Notes: generated from the letters alone by a model not told the origin. Positions 30,036 through 46,969 are shown, counted from the stretch's first letter. The stretch: 64,000 nt of DNA from an uncultured Planctomycetota bacterium (GCA_963849325.1 CAWKHF010000005.1:352001-416000), one strand, 5' to 3'. Numbers and translations are program-made.

Positions 30036-31514
30036 ATGGCCCTGCGCGTCTACAACACGCTGACCCGTCAGAAGGAGGAGTTTCAGACCGTCGATCCGGG
30101 CAAGGTGCGCATGTACGTGTGCGGCCCCACGGTCTACAAGCCCAGCCACATCGGCCACATGGTCGGCCCGGTCATCTTCGACACGGTCAAACGCTTCCTG
30201 ACCTACCTGGGCTACCAAGTCACCTGGGTCGTCAACATTACCGACGTGGACGACAAGCTCATCGTCCGCGCCCGCGAGCTGGGCACCACGGTCAAGGAGC
30301 TGGCCGAGCGCATGACGCGCGATTACGTCGATTGCCTGCAAAAGCTCAACGTCACCGGCATCGACCACATGCCGCGCGCGACCGAGCACATCGCGGAGAT
30401 GATCGAGATCATGCACGGCCTAATCGCCAAGGGCCACGCCTATCCCTCCGGCGGCGACGTCTACTTCGACGTCAGCAGCGACCCGGACTACGGCAAACTA
30501 TGCAACCGCGATCCCGAACAGCTGGAGGCGGGGGCGCGTATCGAGGTCAGCGACAAGAAGCGCAACCCCGGCGACTTCGCCCTGTGGAAAGGCTCCAAGC
30601 CAGGCGAACCGGCCTGGGACAGTCCGTGGGGACCGGGTCGGCCCGGTTGGCACATCGAATGCTCCGCCATGAGCATGAAGCTCCTGGGCACGACCCTCGA
30701 CATCCACGGCGGCGGTCTCGATTTGCAGTTTCCCCACCACGAAAACGAACTGGCCCAGTCCGAATCGTTCACGGGACAGACGTTCGCGCGCTACTGGATG
30801 CACAACGGCCTACTCAAGATGGGACAGACCAAGATGGCCGGCTCGATCGGCAACGTGGTCAACATCGTCGATTTGCTCCAGAAACACTCGGCGGAGACGG
30901 TGCGCTTCCTGCTTCTGAACACGCACTATAGCAGTCCGATCGAGTACAGCGAGGATCGCCTCGCCGAGCTGCGCCGCGGTCTGGACGGGTTCTATCGCTT
31001 CTTCGAGCGCTACCAGCGCATCCGCGGCCGCGGCTTCCACGAGTTGACCGCGCCGGCGAAGCAGGGGCCGTTCGACGCCGGCTCGTCGCCGAGCGAGTTC
31101 CTCAACGACGTGGCTCGACTGCGGGCGACGTTCCTCGACAATATGTCCGACGATTTCAACACCGGCGGCGCCATCGGCGCGCTGAACGAACTGTTGACCG
31201 CCCTCAATCGGTTCGCCGATGCGCGGCAACTCGAAGGGCCGGGACGGACAGAAGAGGCCGTCACGGAGTTCGATCGCGGCGCGATCGTGCTGCGTGAGTT
31301 GAGTCAAGTGCTGGGTCTGTTCCACCGGCCACAGGAGAGCGGCGGCGCGAGCGATGAGTTGGTCAACGGCTTGATGCAGCTGCTTCTCGATCTACGGGCC
31401 GAGGCGCGCAAGGCCAAGAACTACGCTCTGTCCGACCAGATTCGGCAACGACTGGGACAGCTCGGCGTCACGTTGGAGGACCGCACCGGCGGCACCGGAT
31501 GGCGGAGGGGATGA
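30036..31514 (+). CDS. cysS: Cysteine--tRNA ligase
   Basis: CGPTVY..HIGH, NITDVDDK, DFALWK, GRPGWHIECSAM, DIHGGG.DL.FPHHENE; KMAGS in place of KMSKS. Confidence 0.98.
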   Translation: MALRVYNTLTRQKEEFQTVDPGKVRMYVCGPTVYKPSHIGHMVGPVIFDTVKRFLTYLGYQVTWVVNITDVDDKLIVRARELGTTVKELAERMTRDYVDCLQKLNVTGIDHMPRATEHIAEMIEIMHGLIAKGHAYPSGGDVYFDVSSDPDYGKLCNRDPEQLEAGARIEVSDKKRNPGDFALWKGSKPGEPAWDSPWGPGRPGWHIECSAMSMKLLGTTLDIHGGGLDLQFPHHENELAQSESFTGQTFARYWMHNGLLKMGQTKMAGSIGNVVNIVDLLQKHSAETVRFLLLNTHYSSPIEYSEDRLAELRRGLDGFYRFFERYQRIRGRGFHELTAPAKQGPFDAGSSPSEFLNDVARLRATFLDNMSDDFNTGGAIGALNELLTALNRFADARQLEGPGRTEEAVTEFDRGAIVLRELSQVLGLFHRPQESGGASDELVNGLMQLLLDLRAEARKAKNYALSDQIRQRLGQLGVTLEDRTGGTGWRRG

Positions 31515-31544
31515 ACGCGGTCGTTGCATTGAGGCGAGGACATC

Positions 31545-31865
31545 ATGAACCCCTGGGCGCCGATCCGATACCGGGAATTCTGGGACGTCCCCCGCATCTT
31601 CCTGGTCCCCTATCAGGGGAAATGGTTCCTGTTCGACTGCCCTTTCGACGAGACGAGCGAAGATTATCCCGATTCGTATCGGGTCTACGTCATTCCCGAA
31701 CCTTCCGAGGAGGAACTCGCCGGCTCCTGGGATAAATTGCCGGAGAAGGCGATGCGCTGCTGGGGCGATGTCCCCATCGGGACAGTGCGCTTTGACCTGA
31801 GCAAACGAGGGGAGATCGACACCAGCGTCCTCGACGAGCTGACGGCTCGGAGCAACGTCGGTTAG
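31545..31865 (+). CDS. Hypothetical protein
   Basis: GAGGA RBS; 106-aa ORF (IRYREFWDVPRIFLV..LFDCPFDE..DY) with plausible composition. Confidence 0.7.
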   Translation: MNPWAPIRYREFWDVPRIFLVPYQGKWFLFDCPFDETSEDYPDSYRVYVIPEPSEEELAGSWDKLPEKAMRCWGDVPIGTVRFDLSKRGEIDTSVLDELTARSNVG

Positions 31866-31899
31866 CCGCGCTGTCTTCTTGCTCTCCGCCTGCGGAGTA

Positions 31900-33497
31900 T
31901 CAGGGGTTCTTCACGCCGCCCAACACGCGGTTCAATTCCTCCAGCTCGACCGGCTTGGGCAGATGGGCGTCGAAGCCGGCGTCCTGCGTGCGCCGGCGGT
32001 CCTCCTCCTGAGCGTAGCCGGTCAGGGCGACCAGCAGCACCGCGTTTCCCAGCGTCGCTCGGACCTGCCGTGCCACCTCGCAGCCGTCCAGGCCAGGCAA
32101 GCCCAGGTCGATGAGGACCACCTGCGGCCGGACGGCCAGGGCGCGTTCGACACCCTCCGGGCCGGTCGCCGCCGTCTCGGTGCGATGGCCAAGCATCTTC
32201 AGCAGCGTGGCCAGCGTGTCCCGCGCGTCGGCGTTGTCCTCGACGATGAGAATGTGACAGGCCGGCGCGACGGGCGGGGCGATGTCGAGCGGCTCCTGGG
32301 ATCCAGCGGAAGGCGGCGCCGAAGGCTGGGCCGACGCCACCGGCAGACGCACCACGAATTCGCTGCCCTGGCCCGGCCCTTCGCTGTGAGCGCTGACTCG
32401 ACCGCCGTGCAGCTCGACCAGCTGACGCACCAGCGTCAAGCCGATGCCCAGGCCGCCCTGCGCGCGGTCCAGCGATCGGCCCACCTGGGTGAACAGGTCG
32501 AAAATGCGGCCGAGCATGTCCGCCTCGATGCCGACGCCGTTGTCGCGTACGCGCAGCACCGCCTCCTCGCCCTCGCGGCCGACCGTCAGGTGGATTTGCC
32601 CGCCGCGTTCGGTGTACTTGCCGGCGTTGCCGAGTAGGTTGACGAGCACCTGCACCACGCGCGCCTCGTCGGCCTCCAGGTAGACCGGCTCGGCGGGCAG
32701 CTCAACCGAGAGACGATGTTCCTGCGACTCGAACAGCGGCCGAACCGTCTGCACGGCCTGCGTCACCACCTGGCCGACGTCGAAGACCGTCCGCCGCAGC
32801 TCCAGCTTGCCGCGAACGATGCGCGTCAGGTCGAGCAGGTCGTCGATCAGGCGCACCATGTACTTGACCTGGCGCTGCATGATCTCGCGGGCCTGAAGGA
32901 GACGCGCGTCGGACAGGCCGGTCAGCCGAAACAGTTCCAGCGACGTCAGGATGGGGGCCAGCGGATTGCGCAGCTCGTGGGCCAGCATGGCCAAAAACTC
33001 GTCCTTGCGCTGGTCGGCCTCCTTCAGCGCCTCGGCCTGCTCGCGGAGCGACGCTTCGCTCTGCCGCGCGAAGGCGCTGACGCTGACGGTGATGGCCTCG
33101 TCGAGGGCCAGGCTGATCGCCATGACCTCGCGGAAGTGCAGCGGACGATCCAGCGTCTCTTCGAGGTACTCGAAGAGAACGAGCCGGAGGATCTGGTAAT
33201 CGCGCACCACCTCGGGCAGCGACCAGCCGACTTCCCAGCGCTGTTCGCCGTGTTCGCGCGCGGGGCATGGTGCGGCGCCCCGTTGCTGCCGATGCTCTCG
33301 GCCAGGGTTTGCCCCAGAGTGTGGAGCAAGTGGGTCAAATCGTCCAGAAGGGTCTGATGGTGAGCGCGGGCGGCGTGGGGCTGTTCCTCAACGGCCCGCC
33401 GCGCCCAACGTTCGAGGAGGATGCCGGCATCACGTTGGATCAGCAGACCGACCTCCCGGTGTTGCTCGGAACGAAGCATTCGCGGATCGAGGTTCAT
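31900..33497 (-). CDS. Hybrid histidine kinase with RsbRD-N-like sensor domain and C-terminal receiver (frameshift about 33260)
   Basis: FLAMLAHELRNPL, NLLGNAGKYT, DNGVG, GGLGIGL; REC ILIVEDN..IDLGLP..KP; N-terminal HGEQRW..GWSLPEVVRDY. Confidence 0.9.
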
Positions 33498-33644
33498 ACC
33501 GGTATCCTGGCGCCGTTGCCTGAGGGATCGAGTCCCGTGCGAATCCACGGTGGGGAGATTATAGCAGGCCGCGAACGAATCTGTCCACCGCTCCGTTCGA
33601 CGGGCGAGCGTTCCTCGGCCGCGTCTCGAAGGACGACGACGCGG

Positions 33645-34403
33645 TTAGTTCGGCGGCGTCTCCAGCACGCGCCGCCAGCGCCGCAGCACCTCCGCGAAGG
33701 CGGCGCCGTACGTCGCTTCCAGCGGGACCGTGACGGCCTTCTCCGGCGCCAAAAAGAGCGGCATGTCGGCGAGGCTGTCGCCGACTCGAAACGGCACGAC
33801 GTAGGCCCGCACCGTCAGCCCGGATTCGTAAGCGGCCAGTGTCAACGGCTTGTCATCCGGGGCGGCCTGTTCCTCGCCGGCGATCTCCTGCCAGATCTCG
33901 TTATGAATGCCCTGCGGGTCGCGTCGTCCCGGCGGATGCGGATCGAGGATGAGCAGATGGATGCGGTTGTCGAGCAGCTCGGCCGCTTTCTGGACGAACG
34001 CTCGCAGGGCATTGCGGCCGGCCTTGTTGCTCGGCGACACGATTTCGATCATGGCCACGATGCGGTCGCCGCTGACGTGACGAACCGCGATGCTATTCTG
34101 TTTGCGGCGATAGAACGCCATGTCGGTCTCGGCGGTCGGCTGTAACTTCGGGGAAGCGAGCAGGACGCCGCCGCCGGAGGGTGAGGCATCGCCATCGGTC
34201 CCGTCGCCGTCGTCGTCACCCTCGGACTTGCCCTGGAGAGTCAGCACGTCGGGTCCGAAGCCAGCCGCGTGTTGCTCCGCCAGGGCGTAGTAGTCGGCCG
34301 GAAGAACGCCTTGATTCAAGGTTCGCGCGATTTCCGTGATCCAATCGTGATGGAAATGGTGAAAGATCCCCGCTTTGACGCGCGTCCAGTCGTGCATGGG
34401 CAT
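33645..34403 (-). CDS. DUF4058 family protein (PD-(D/E)xK-like)
   Basis: MPMHDWTRV.AGIFHHFH..W; IEIVSPSNK; G..L.DMPLFL..VPLEATY. Confidence 0.85.
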   Translation of the reverse strand: MPMHDWTRVKAGIFHHFHHDWITEIARTLNQGVLPADYYALAEQHAAGFGPDVLTLQGKSEGDDDGDGTDGDASPSGGGVLLASPKLQPTAETDMAFYRRKQNSIAVRHVSGDRIVAMIEIVSPSNKAGRNALRAFVQKAAELLDNRIHLLILDPHPPGRRDPQGIHNEIWQEIAGEEQAAPDDKPLTLAAYESGLTVRAYVVPFRVGDSLADMPLFLAPEKAVTVPLEATYGAAFAEVLRRWRRVLETPPN

Positions 34404-34488
34404 GGTTGGCTCTCCGTGTTCAGCCCTCAGGATCACTCGAGGTTTATTATAGCCGGCGCGGTGGACACGACACATCCGCCGCGAAGAC

Positions 34489-34565
34489 TCAGTGCAGCGG
34501 CTTGGCGTCCGCCTTGAGCAACTCCGCCGCCTCTTGCCGCAGCCGTTGGTAGAGCAAACAATCCT
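34489..34565 (-). pseudogene. Remnant 3' end of a paralog of the kinase-WD40 gene
   Basis: CLLYQRLRQEAAELLKADAKPLH* versus CLLYRRLRQEAAELLTTDSKPMR* at 36503-36574; both followed by GTCTTCG. Confidence 0.7.
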
Positions 34566-34598
34566 CCCGGCTCGCCTTACGCGCGGTTCGGTCGTCGT

Positions 34599-34775
34599 TC
34601 ACCGCGCGTTCCGGACGCCCTTGCGGTCTTTCGTTGCCGGCCGTCCCTTCTGCTTTCGCTTTTTCCGTTTGCGAACCTTGTCCACGGCCGCCTTTTCGGC
34701 CGGATTCGTGATCGGTTCGGCCCGGACGCGCTGTAAAGGCGCGAGACTGGGTGGCCGGAATGTTTTTTTGGACAT
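34599..34775 (-). CDS. Small basic protein (58 aa; not in the ORF track)
   Basis: GAGGAG RBS; MSKKTFRPPSLAPLQRVRAEPITNPAEKAAVDKVRKRKKRKQKGRPATKDRKGVRNAR*. Confidence 0.5.
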   Translation of the reverse strand: MSKKTFRPPSLAPLQRVRAEPITNPAEKAAVDKVRKRKKRKQKGRPATKDRKGVRNAR

Positions 34776-34883
34776 CGTTCACTCCTCTGGCTCAAGCACG
34801 GGAAAGAGGTGCTCTCCCTTCAAGACGTCGCCGCCGCCACGCGGAAGGCGAATCAAAGGAAGCGAATCAAAGGTGTCAGGAAC

Positions 34884-36392
34884 GAATGGCGTTCGGTTAA
34901 GCCGCATCTTCTTGTGGTGGTGACGTTTGATGCAACAATCTCTCGCGTAGCACGGCTCGTGGCTTATTCATCAGATCGTAGGGTTTGGGCCGACGTTTCT
35001 TCACACGCGGTTCCACGCGACCGGGACGACACGGTATTACCCGCAACCGTGGCAATTCCTCGCCACGCCGCGCTTCCCGCAACCATCGCCACGCATCCGC
35101 GAAGCTAATACGATCCGGATCCACCTCTTGCCGCCGCGCTGCCTCCAACATCACCCGACGCACCAGATTATACACCAACACGAAGACCAACATTTCCTTC
35201 CACACACCACGCCAAGTCTCACAACGCAGCACATCCGATGCCAGCGTTTGCTTCAGGTGACGCAGATTGACTTCCACGCCCCAACGCTTCTCGTACAGCC
35301 GCGCCAACACCTCCGGCGGATAACGCCGTCGATCCAACAGCGTCGTCACCAGCGTCAACTCCCTCACTCGGCAACTCGGCGTCCGGATCGACACACGCAC
35401 CTCACGGACCACCAGCGACGACGGCAACGCGTCGTACTCCTGGCTGTTCATCCACGACGGACACTCGGCCGGCTTGAAGTACTCGACGAGTTGGTCGTCG
35501 CGGCCCAGCCGCCGCAGCCAGCGCGACCGCGGCAAGCCGGCTTCTGCCTTACGGGGCTGGCGGTCCGGCGGCAGGTGCGCCCGCCGCGGCTTGAAGGAGA
35601 TGATCAGACACTGATGGGCACGAAAGAGGCCGAAAACGCCACGTTTATGCCGCATCGCCAGGTGAGCATAGGAGCAGAAAGCGCGATCGCCGGCCACCAC
35701 GTCGCCGGCCCGCAGGCCGCGATGGGTCCAGGCCAGATCGGCCAGGTCGTGCGTCCGCAACGGTCCCGGCATGGCGTTGATCAGATAGCCGGTGTAGGCG
35801 TGGAACTGCACCAGCAGGTGGGCCGTCGGGAAGCCGCAACCTTCGGCCTGCTGGCCGCTCTGGCCGAAGGCGGCACGCAAGTCGGGCGTGTCCGGCATGG
35901 AGAAACTGGAACCATCGAGGAAAAAGACGCGATGACCATGCCACAAGGCGCGCGGGTCGTCGTCGGCGTAGCGGCGGCAGCGGTCGAGGACGGCGGCGTC
36001 CAGTCGTTGGAAGAAGGGCAGGGGCAGGCGTTGGCGGGCCTCGCAGTAGGAGGAGTCCGCGAAGGAAAGCTTGGCGAGGCGGCGGAGTTCGGGGACCGAG
36101 GTGTTGCCTTCGAGGATTTGGCGGATGAACAGGTGGGTGGTGACCAGGGGAGTCAGCCGACGCTGACGTCCGCCCAGACGGAGCGTTCGTGCTGAGGGAA
36201 TGGATGAGGGGGGCATCGATCCATTGGGCGGTAGCACCCTTGATGCGTTGGAGGGCTTGCGACATACTAAGCATGGTGGCCTCCTGAGATGATGAGGTCT
36301 GGACAACTCCATCATGGCAGGAGGCTGCCGCCTTTCCAAGATCGTCAGAAGTTCAAGCAGCGAAAGAGGCTACGCTTAACCGAACGCCATTC
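34884..36392 (-). mobile_element. IS4-family insertion sequence (about 1.5 kb)
   Basis: Terminal inverted repeats GAATGGCGTTCGGTTAAGC (34884-34902; 36374-36392) enclosing a DDE transposase. Confidence 0.9.
34897..36274 (-). CDS. IS4-family transposase (5' frameshift(s))
   Basis: YCEARQRLP, LDGS, GDRAF, LVTTL, YEKRWGVEVNLRHLK (YREK motif), EPRVKKRRPK; stop codon lies inside the TIR. Confidence 0.92.
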
Positions 36393-36449
36393 GTTCCTGA
36401 CACCTTTTTTCCCTCTTTTTGACCTTAAAAGGTTCCTGACACCTTTTTT
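36393..36449. repeat. Two copies of GTTCCTGACACCTTTT repeat (inverse copy at 34869-34883)
   Basis: 36393-36410 abuts the IS end; 36427-36449 is free-standing. Confidence 0.8.
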
Positions 36450-36502
36450 CCCTCCTTTTTTTCCTATCCTAATTTACGCTGTCCCTTTTCTCCTACGAAG
36501 AC

Positions 36503-42196
<5,694 letters not shown>

Positions 42197-42335
42197 GAGC
42201 GGCCCCTGGCAATCCCCTGGGAGCACGACGCATTTCCGCATCCTACCTCGCGCGGACGGCGGGAGCAAGATGCTGGTCCTCGACCGTTTCGCCATTCCGT
42301 CTTGTGCGTCCGCGCCGGGACGGTACGCTGGGAGC

Positions 42336-42869
42336 ATGAACGCGGCGTCCTCGCTCTCGGGTCCACGCATTCTCGGCCTCGATCCCGGCCTGCAAGTGAC
42401 CGGCTATGCCGTCCTCGAAGCGCGCGACGGTACGCCGCGCGTCTGCGAGGCCGGCGTCATCCGCAGCGCCGAGTCGCGCGAAACAACGGACATGGCCCCG
42501 CGCGTTCGACATCTGTACGATGGTATAGTAGAAGTGCTGGAACAGTATAGACCCGGCGTGGTCGTGATCGAGCAGCTTTTCGCCCATTACGAGCATCCGC
42601 GAACGGCGATCCTGATGGCGCACGCCCGCGGCGTGATGTTCCTGGCGGCGGCGCAGCGCGATCTGCCCGTGGTCAGCTACAACGCCACGCGCATCAAGAA
42701 GACGATCACCGGCAGCGGCCGCGCCTCCAAGGAGCAAGTGCAGCGGACCATCCAGCGCGAGCTGGGCTTGGCTGAGCTGCCGGAGCCGCCCGACGTGGCC
42801 GACGCCCTGGCCGCCGCCCTGTGCCATTACCACGCCGTCAAACTGCCGGCTACCGAGCCGAGAGCGTAA
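42336..42869 (+). CDS. ruvC: Crossover junction endodeoxyribonuclease RuvC
   Basis: ILGLDPG..TGY, IEQLF, HARGV, IKKTITGSGRASKEQV, DVADALA.A.CH. Confidence 0.97.
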   Translation: MNAASSLSGPRILGLDPGLQVTGYAVLEARDGTPRVCEAGVIRSAESRETTDMAPRVRHLYDGIVEVLEQYRPGVVVIEQLFAHYEHPRTAILMAHARGVMFLAAAQRDLPVVSYNATRIKKTITGSGRASKEQVQRTIQRELGLAELPEPPDVADALAAALCHYHAVKLPATEPRA

Positions 42870-42886
42870 GCGACCGGAGGAGATTC

Positions 42887-43528
42887 ATGATTACCAAGAT
42901 CACCGGCGTACTCAACCGCGTACTCGATGAGGAAGTGCGCCTGCAGGTGGGCGCCCTGGAGTATCAGGTGCTGGTGCCGGAGTTCATTCGTCGCCGCGTC
43001 CAGGGCGGCATCGGACGCGAGATGACCCTGCACACCAGCCATTACCTCGACGGCAATCCCATGCAGGGCCGCGTCGTGCCGCGGTTGATCGGCTTCACCA
43101 GCGAGGCGGAGCTGGATTTCTTCGAGCTGTTTTGCACCGTGGACAAGGTCGGCACGCGCAAGGCGCTCAAGGCGATGGTGCGGCCGATCAAGGAGATCGC
43201 CGACGCCATCCAGCGGCAGGACAGCAAATGGCTGACGACGCTGCCCGGCGTCGGCGCCGCCACGGCCGAGCAGATCATCGCCACGCTGCGCCGCAAGGTG
43301 ACGAAATACGCCCTCATGACGCCCGCCGGCGAGGAGACGCCCGAAGGCGCCGCGGCGTCGCCCGCCACCGTGGTGGACGGCAACGTCATGGAGGACGTGT
43401 ACCAGGCGCTGATGAGCGTCGGCCACAGCCCGCAGGAGGCGCGCAATCGCCTCGACAAGGTGCTGTCCACCGGCCGCTCGTTCACGTCGGTGGAAGAGGT
43501 GCTGCTGGAGATTTACAAGGGAGAATAA
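42887..43528 (+). CDS. ruvA: Holliday junction branch migration protein RuvA
   Basis: MITKITG, LIGF..E..FF..VDKVG, LPGVG..TAEQII; located between ruvC and ruvB. Confidence 0.95.
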   Translation: MITKITGVLNRVLDEEVRLQVGALEYQVLVPEFIRRRVQGGIGREMTLHTSHYLDGNPMQGRVVPRLIGFTSEAELDFFELFCTVDKVGTRKALKAMVRPIKEIADAIQRQDSKWLTTLPGVGAATAEQIIATLRRKVTKYALMTPAGEETPEGAAASPATVVDGNVMEDVYQALMSVGHSPQEARNRLDKVLSTGRSFTSVEEVLLEIYKGE

Positions 43529-43533
43529 TCTTG

Positions 43534-43596
43534 GGCGAGCGGGGGGCGTCAGCCCCCTGTTGAGAAGCAACAGGGGGCTGACGCCCCCCGCTCGCC
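43534..43596. repeat. REP-like palindrome inside ruv operon
   Basis: GGCGAGCGGGGGGCGTCAGCCCCCTGTTG-N5-CAACAGGGGGCTGACGCCCCCCGCTCGCC. Confidence 0.9.
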
Positions 43597-43620
43597 GGGA
43601 TGCGTTATCGAGGTCCATTC

Positions 43621-44659
43621 ATGGCACGTCAAGCCATCGTACAAGGTAACGGCGACGAGGAATCGCGGCAGCGCGACGCAGCGCTGCGGCCGCGCTGGCT
43701 GCGCGAGGTCATCGGCCAGAAGGCCGTCGTGCAGCGGCTGAACATCGTCCTCAACGCCTGCAAGAAACTCAAGGAGCCGCTGTCGCACATCCTCTTCGAC
43801 GGCCCGCCCGGCCTGGGCAAGACGACCTTCGCCACCGTCCTGCCCAACGAGCTGGGCACGGCGATCCAGATGACCAGCGGGCCCGCCCTGGCCAAGCCGG
43901 CCGACCTGCTGCCGTTCCTGACCAACCTCGAAGAAGGCTCCATCCTGTTCATCGACGAGATCCACCGGCTGCCGCGCGTGGTCGAGGAGTTCATCTATCC
44001 GGCGATGGAGGACTTCCGCCTCGACATCGTGCTCGGCGAAGGCATGAACGCCCGTACCATCAATTTGCGTCTCAAGCCGTTCACGCTGATCGGCGCCACC
44101 ACGCGCAGCGGCATGTTGTCCGGCCCGATGCGCGACCGCTTCAAGATGCACGAGCACCTGGAGTTCTACACGGTCGAGGAGCTGGCCGAGATCGTGCCGC
44201 ATCAACGCCCGCAAGCTGCAGACGAGGATCGCGGACGACGCGGCCATCGAGTTGGCCCGCCGCAGCCGGGGTACGCCGCGCGTCGCCAACGCGCGCCTGT
44301 GGTGGACGCGCCATTTCGCCACCAGCGAGGCCGACGGCCACATTACCTTCGACATCGCCCGCGCCGCCCTGGACATGGCCGAGGTGGATCGGGAAGGGCT
44401 GGACAAGCAGGATCGCCGCTATCTGGAACTGCTGGTCGGCGTCCACAACGGCGGCCCGGCCGGCGTCGAATCGCTGGCCGCCAGCATGACGCTGCCGGTC
44501 GATACCCTCAGCGACGAGATCGAGCCGTATCTGCTGCGCGAGCAGTTCATCCTGCGGACGTCGCGCGGCCGGACGGCCACGCCACGGGCCTATCAGGTCC
44601 TCGGCCGGCCCATGAAACCCGAGCCGCCGGAAGACCGTCAACCGGGCCTGTTCGATTAA
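43621..44659 (+). CDS. ruvB: Holliday junction helicase RuvB (frameshift about 44200)
   Basis: [28 protein letters not shown], then [24 protein letters not shown]. Confidence 0.97.
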
Positions 44660-44664
44660 GGTCT

Positions 44665-44718
44665 GAGCCGCGACCGTCAGGGAGCGGTGCGTTCTCCGCT
44701 CCCTGACGGTCGCGGCTC
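44665..44718. repeat. REP-like palindrome
   Basis: GAGCCGCGACCGTCAGGGAGCGG-N8-CCGCTCCCTGACGGTCGCGGCTC. Confidence 0.9.
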
Positions 44719-44925
44719 GGAGGGGCGGAGCGTCAGCTGCAATCCTCGAAAGAAACGAGCCGTGATCTCGTTATGTCGCACTCTTCACCTATTCGCAAGT
44801 ACAGTTCTGATCGAAAAAACCACAGTTACCCCCTGTCATTATCTTCGCAATCGATATAAATTACCCAGCTTCAAGAGTCGGTGTCTCTTTCCCAGCACGG
44901 CGCGCCGTATGCAAGAGGAAAAGGG

Positions 44926-45513
44926 ATGCCAGGTTTTAGTAGAAGAATCGCCCAACATGGCACCCGATGGTTATTCCTCCTAGAAGAGAGACTCGGATGT
45001 CCCGCACCCTGCGAGTACTTTTCCGCCGCGACCCCTTCCCGCGATCGTGCGGAAGACCAAATTCGGTATGAAGGATATGACTTTCTTTGGCCCGACGGCC
45101 GGCCCGCCGCCGTGGGACTGACCGCGTTGTGTACGCACGGTCAGCGACTGCTCGGCCTGGGTCGTCATCTGGCCGGCGCCCGCGAACGCCTGGTGGATCT
45201 GATCGTTTTTCCACTGCCCGACCGCGAGGCGTCGTTGACGCGCTTGCCCGGTCATCGCGTCCGCCGTTTCTTCCTCCAACGCGACGGCCGACAAGGTCGG
45301 CTCCACTTCCTCGACGGCACGCCCACCACCGTCGTCTTCGACCTCGACCGCGATGAAGCTCCGGTCCTGCACTGGATCGGCCTGCCGGCCCTGGACGACG
45401 GCGAAAGGGAGTGGTTCGATCTGGCCGCTCGTCCCGTCGAATTGGCCGCGCCCGCGCTGCGAAGCTCTACCCCGGTCCTGGGCATTCCTTCCGTGGCCCA
45501 CGATACCGTTTAG
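44926..45513 (+). CDS. Hypothetical protein
   Basis: ORF filling the ruvB-moaA gap; no recognisable motif. Confidence 0.55.
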   Translation: MPGFSRRIAQHGTRWLFLLEERLGCPAPCEYFSAATPSRDRAEDQIRYEGYDFLWPDGRPAAVGLTALCTHGQRLLGLGRHLAGARERLVDLIVFPLPDREASLTRLPGHRVRRFFLQRDGRQGRLHFLDGTPTTVVFDLDRDEAPVLHWIGLPALDDGEREWFDLAARPVELAAPALRSSTPVLGIPSVAHDTV

Positions 45514-45530
45514 CCGCGAGGCGACACGGC

Positions 45531-46513
45531 TCATCCGCCGATGGCGTGCATGGTGCGTAACGGCTTGATGAACCGCGCCGTGTTGATCTCGTGCCCCTCC
45601 CACTTGTCGTACACGTTCTGACGGATCACCTCGGCCAGGCGCGCGTCGTCCGGCCGGCCGCGCAGCAGCGGTTTGACGTCCGCCTCGTTCAGCGCGAACA
45701 GACAGTTACGCAGCTTGCCGTCGGAGGTCAGGCGCAGACGGTTGCAGCTCATGCAGAACGGCCGCGACACCGAAGCGATGATGCCGACCTTGCCGCCGCC
45801 GTCGCTGTACTGAAAATCCATGGCCGGCGCGCGCGGGTCGTAGTCGTCGGCCGGAACCAGCGGGCCTACCTCGCGCTCGATCTGTTCGAGGATCTCGTGG
45901 GCGAAGTAGACCTTGCCGCGCTCCCATTCGGCGGCGCCGATCGGCATGTACTCGATGAAGCGCATCTCCAGGCCGTGCTCTCGGGCATAACGAGCCAGCG
46001 GCACCACGTCGGCATCGGTCAGTCCGCGGATGCTGACGGCGTTGATCTTGATGGGACGGAAGCCGACGCTGCTTGGCCGCCTCAATGCCGGCCAGCACTT
46101 GCTCCAGCCCGTCGCGGCGGCTGACGTCGCGGAAACGGCCGCGGATCGAGCGTGTCGAGGCTGACGTTGATGCGGCGCAGCCCGGCGTCGAAGAGCGCCT
46201 GCGCCTGGCTCGCCAACAAGAGTCCGTTGGTGGTCAGGCCGACGTCGCGGATGCCGGGTACGTCGGCCAGCATGCGCACCAGGCGCGGCAGGTCGCGCCG
46301 CAGCAGCGGTTCGCCGCCGGTCAGCCGGATTTTGTCGATGCCCAGGGGTGCGGCCACGCGGACGAAGTGCGTCATCTCCTCGAAGGTGAGTAGTTCGGCG
46401 CGATCCAGGAAGACGACGTCTTCGGGCATGCAGTAGGTGCAGCGGAGGTTGCAGCGATCGGTGACGCTGATGCGCAGGTTGTTGTGAGTACGCCCAAAGG
46501 TGTCAGTCAGCAT
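45531..46513 (-). CDS. moaA: GTP 3',8-cyclase MoaA (frameshifts about 46075-46145)
   Basis: [49 protein letters not shown]-terminal IGG. Confidence 0.97.
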
Positions 46514-46618
46514 GGGGCCGCGCATCCGGGGTCCGTGGGGTTCAAGACGACTCGTATTAGTGTAGCAGAAAGGCTGGCCGCTTGTGCCGTCTCAGCCGCC
46601 CGAGTTCCGAAGGGATTC

Positions 46619-46969
46619 TCACGGCAGTCCCAGCGCTACTTTCAGGCAATCGTTGAGCTTTTGTGTCATGGCCGCCGAGAGCGATCCCAGCACCTGGGCG
46701 ATGGTGTCCGCGTACACGGTCACGAGCAACAGGCAGGACACGACGGAATCACGGACCAGTCCTGTAGCCTTTCCGTCGGGTGTATTCGTGTCGATGAACA
46801 GACAGGCGGGATTGCCCGCCATCGTCAGGTTCTTCGTGACCTCGGCAACGACGATGGTACTGACGGCTCCCGCATACGCATCGGACTGCACGACCACGGC
46901 CGGCCGCTTCTTCCCGCGCAGCCCCGACGGATGCGGGAAGCGGACCAGGACAATGTCGCCTCGGTTCAT
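46619..46969 (-). CDS. PemK/MazF-family toxin
   Basis: MNRGDIVLVRFP..KKRPAVVVQSD..TGL..DS..LK.AL. Confidence 0.92.
   Translation of the reverse strand: MNRGDIVLVRFPHPSGLRGKKRPAVVVQSDAYAGAVSTIVVAEVTKNLTMAGNPACLFIDTNTPDGKATGLVRDSVVSCLLLVTVYADTIAQVLGSLSAAMTQKLNDCLKVALGLP

Noticed and set aside
30825-30850. KMAGS instead of KMSKS in CysRS as a sign of inactivation
   Set aside because: All other motifs are intact and the frame is open; probably a lineage variant.
34489-34782. 97-aa ORF from the track as a real gene
   Set aside because: It joins an out-of-frame reading of the 58-aa RBS-supported ORF to the remnant gene tail.
46514-46618. Moco riboswitch upstream of moaA
   Set aside because: No recognisable conserved structure by eye; an Rfam scan would be needed.
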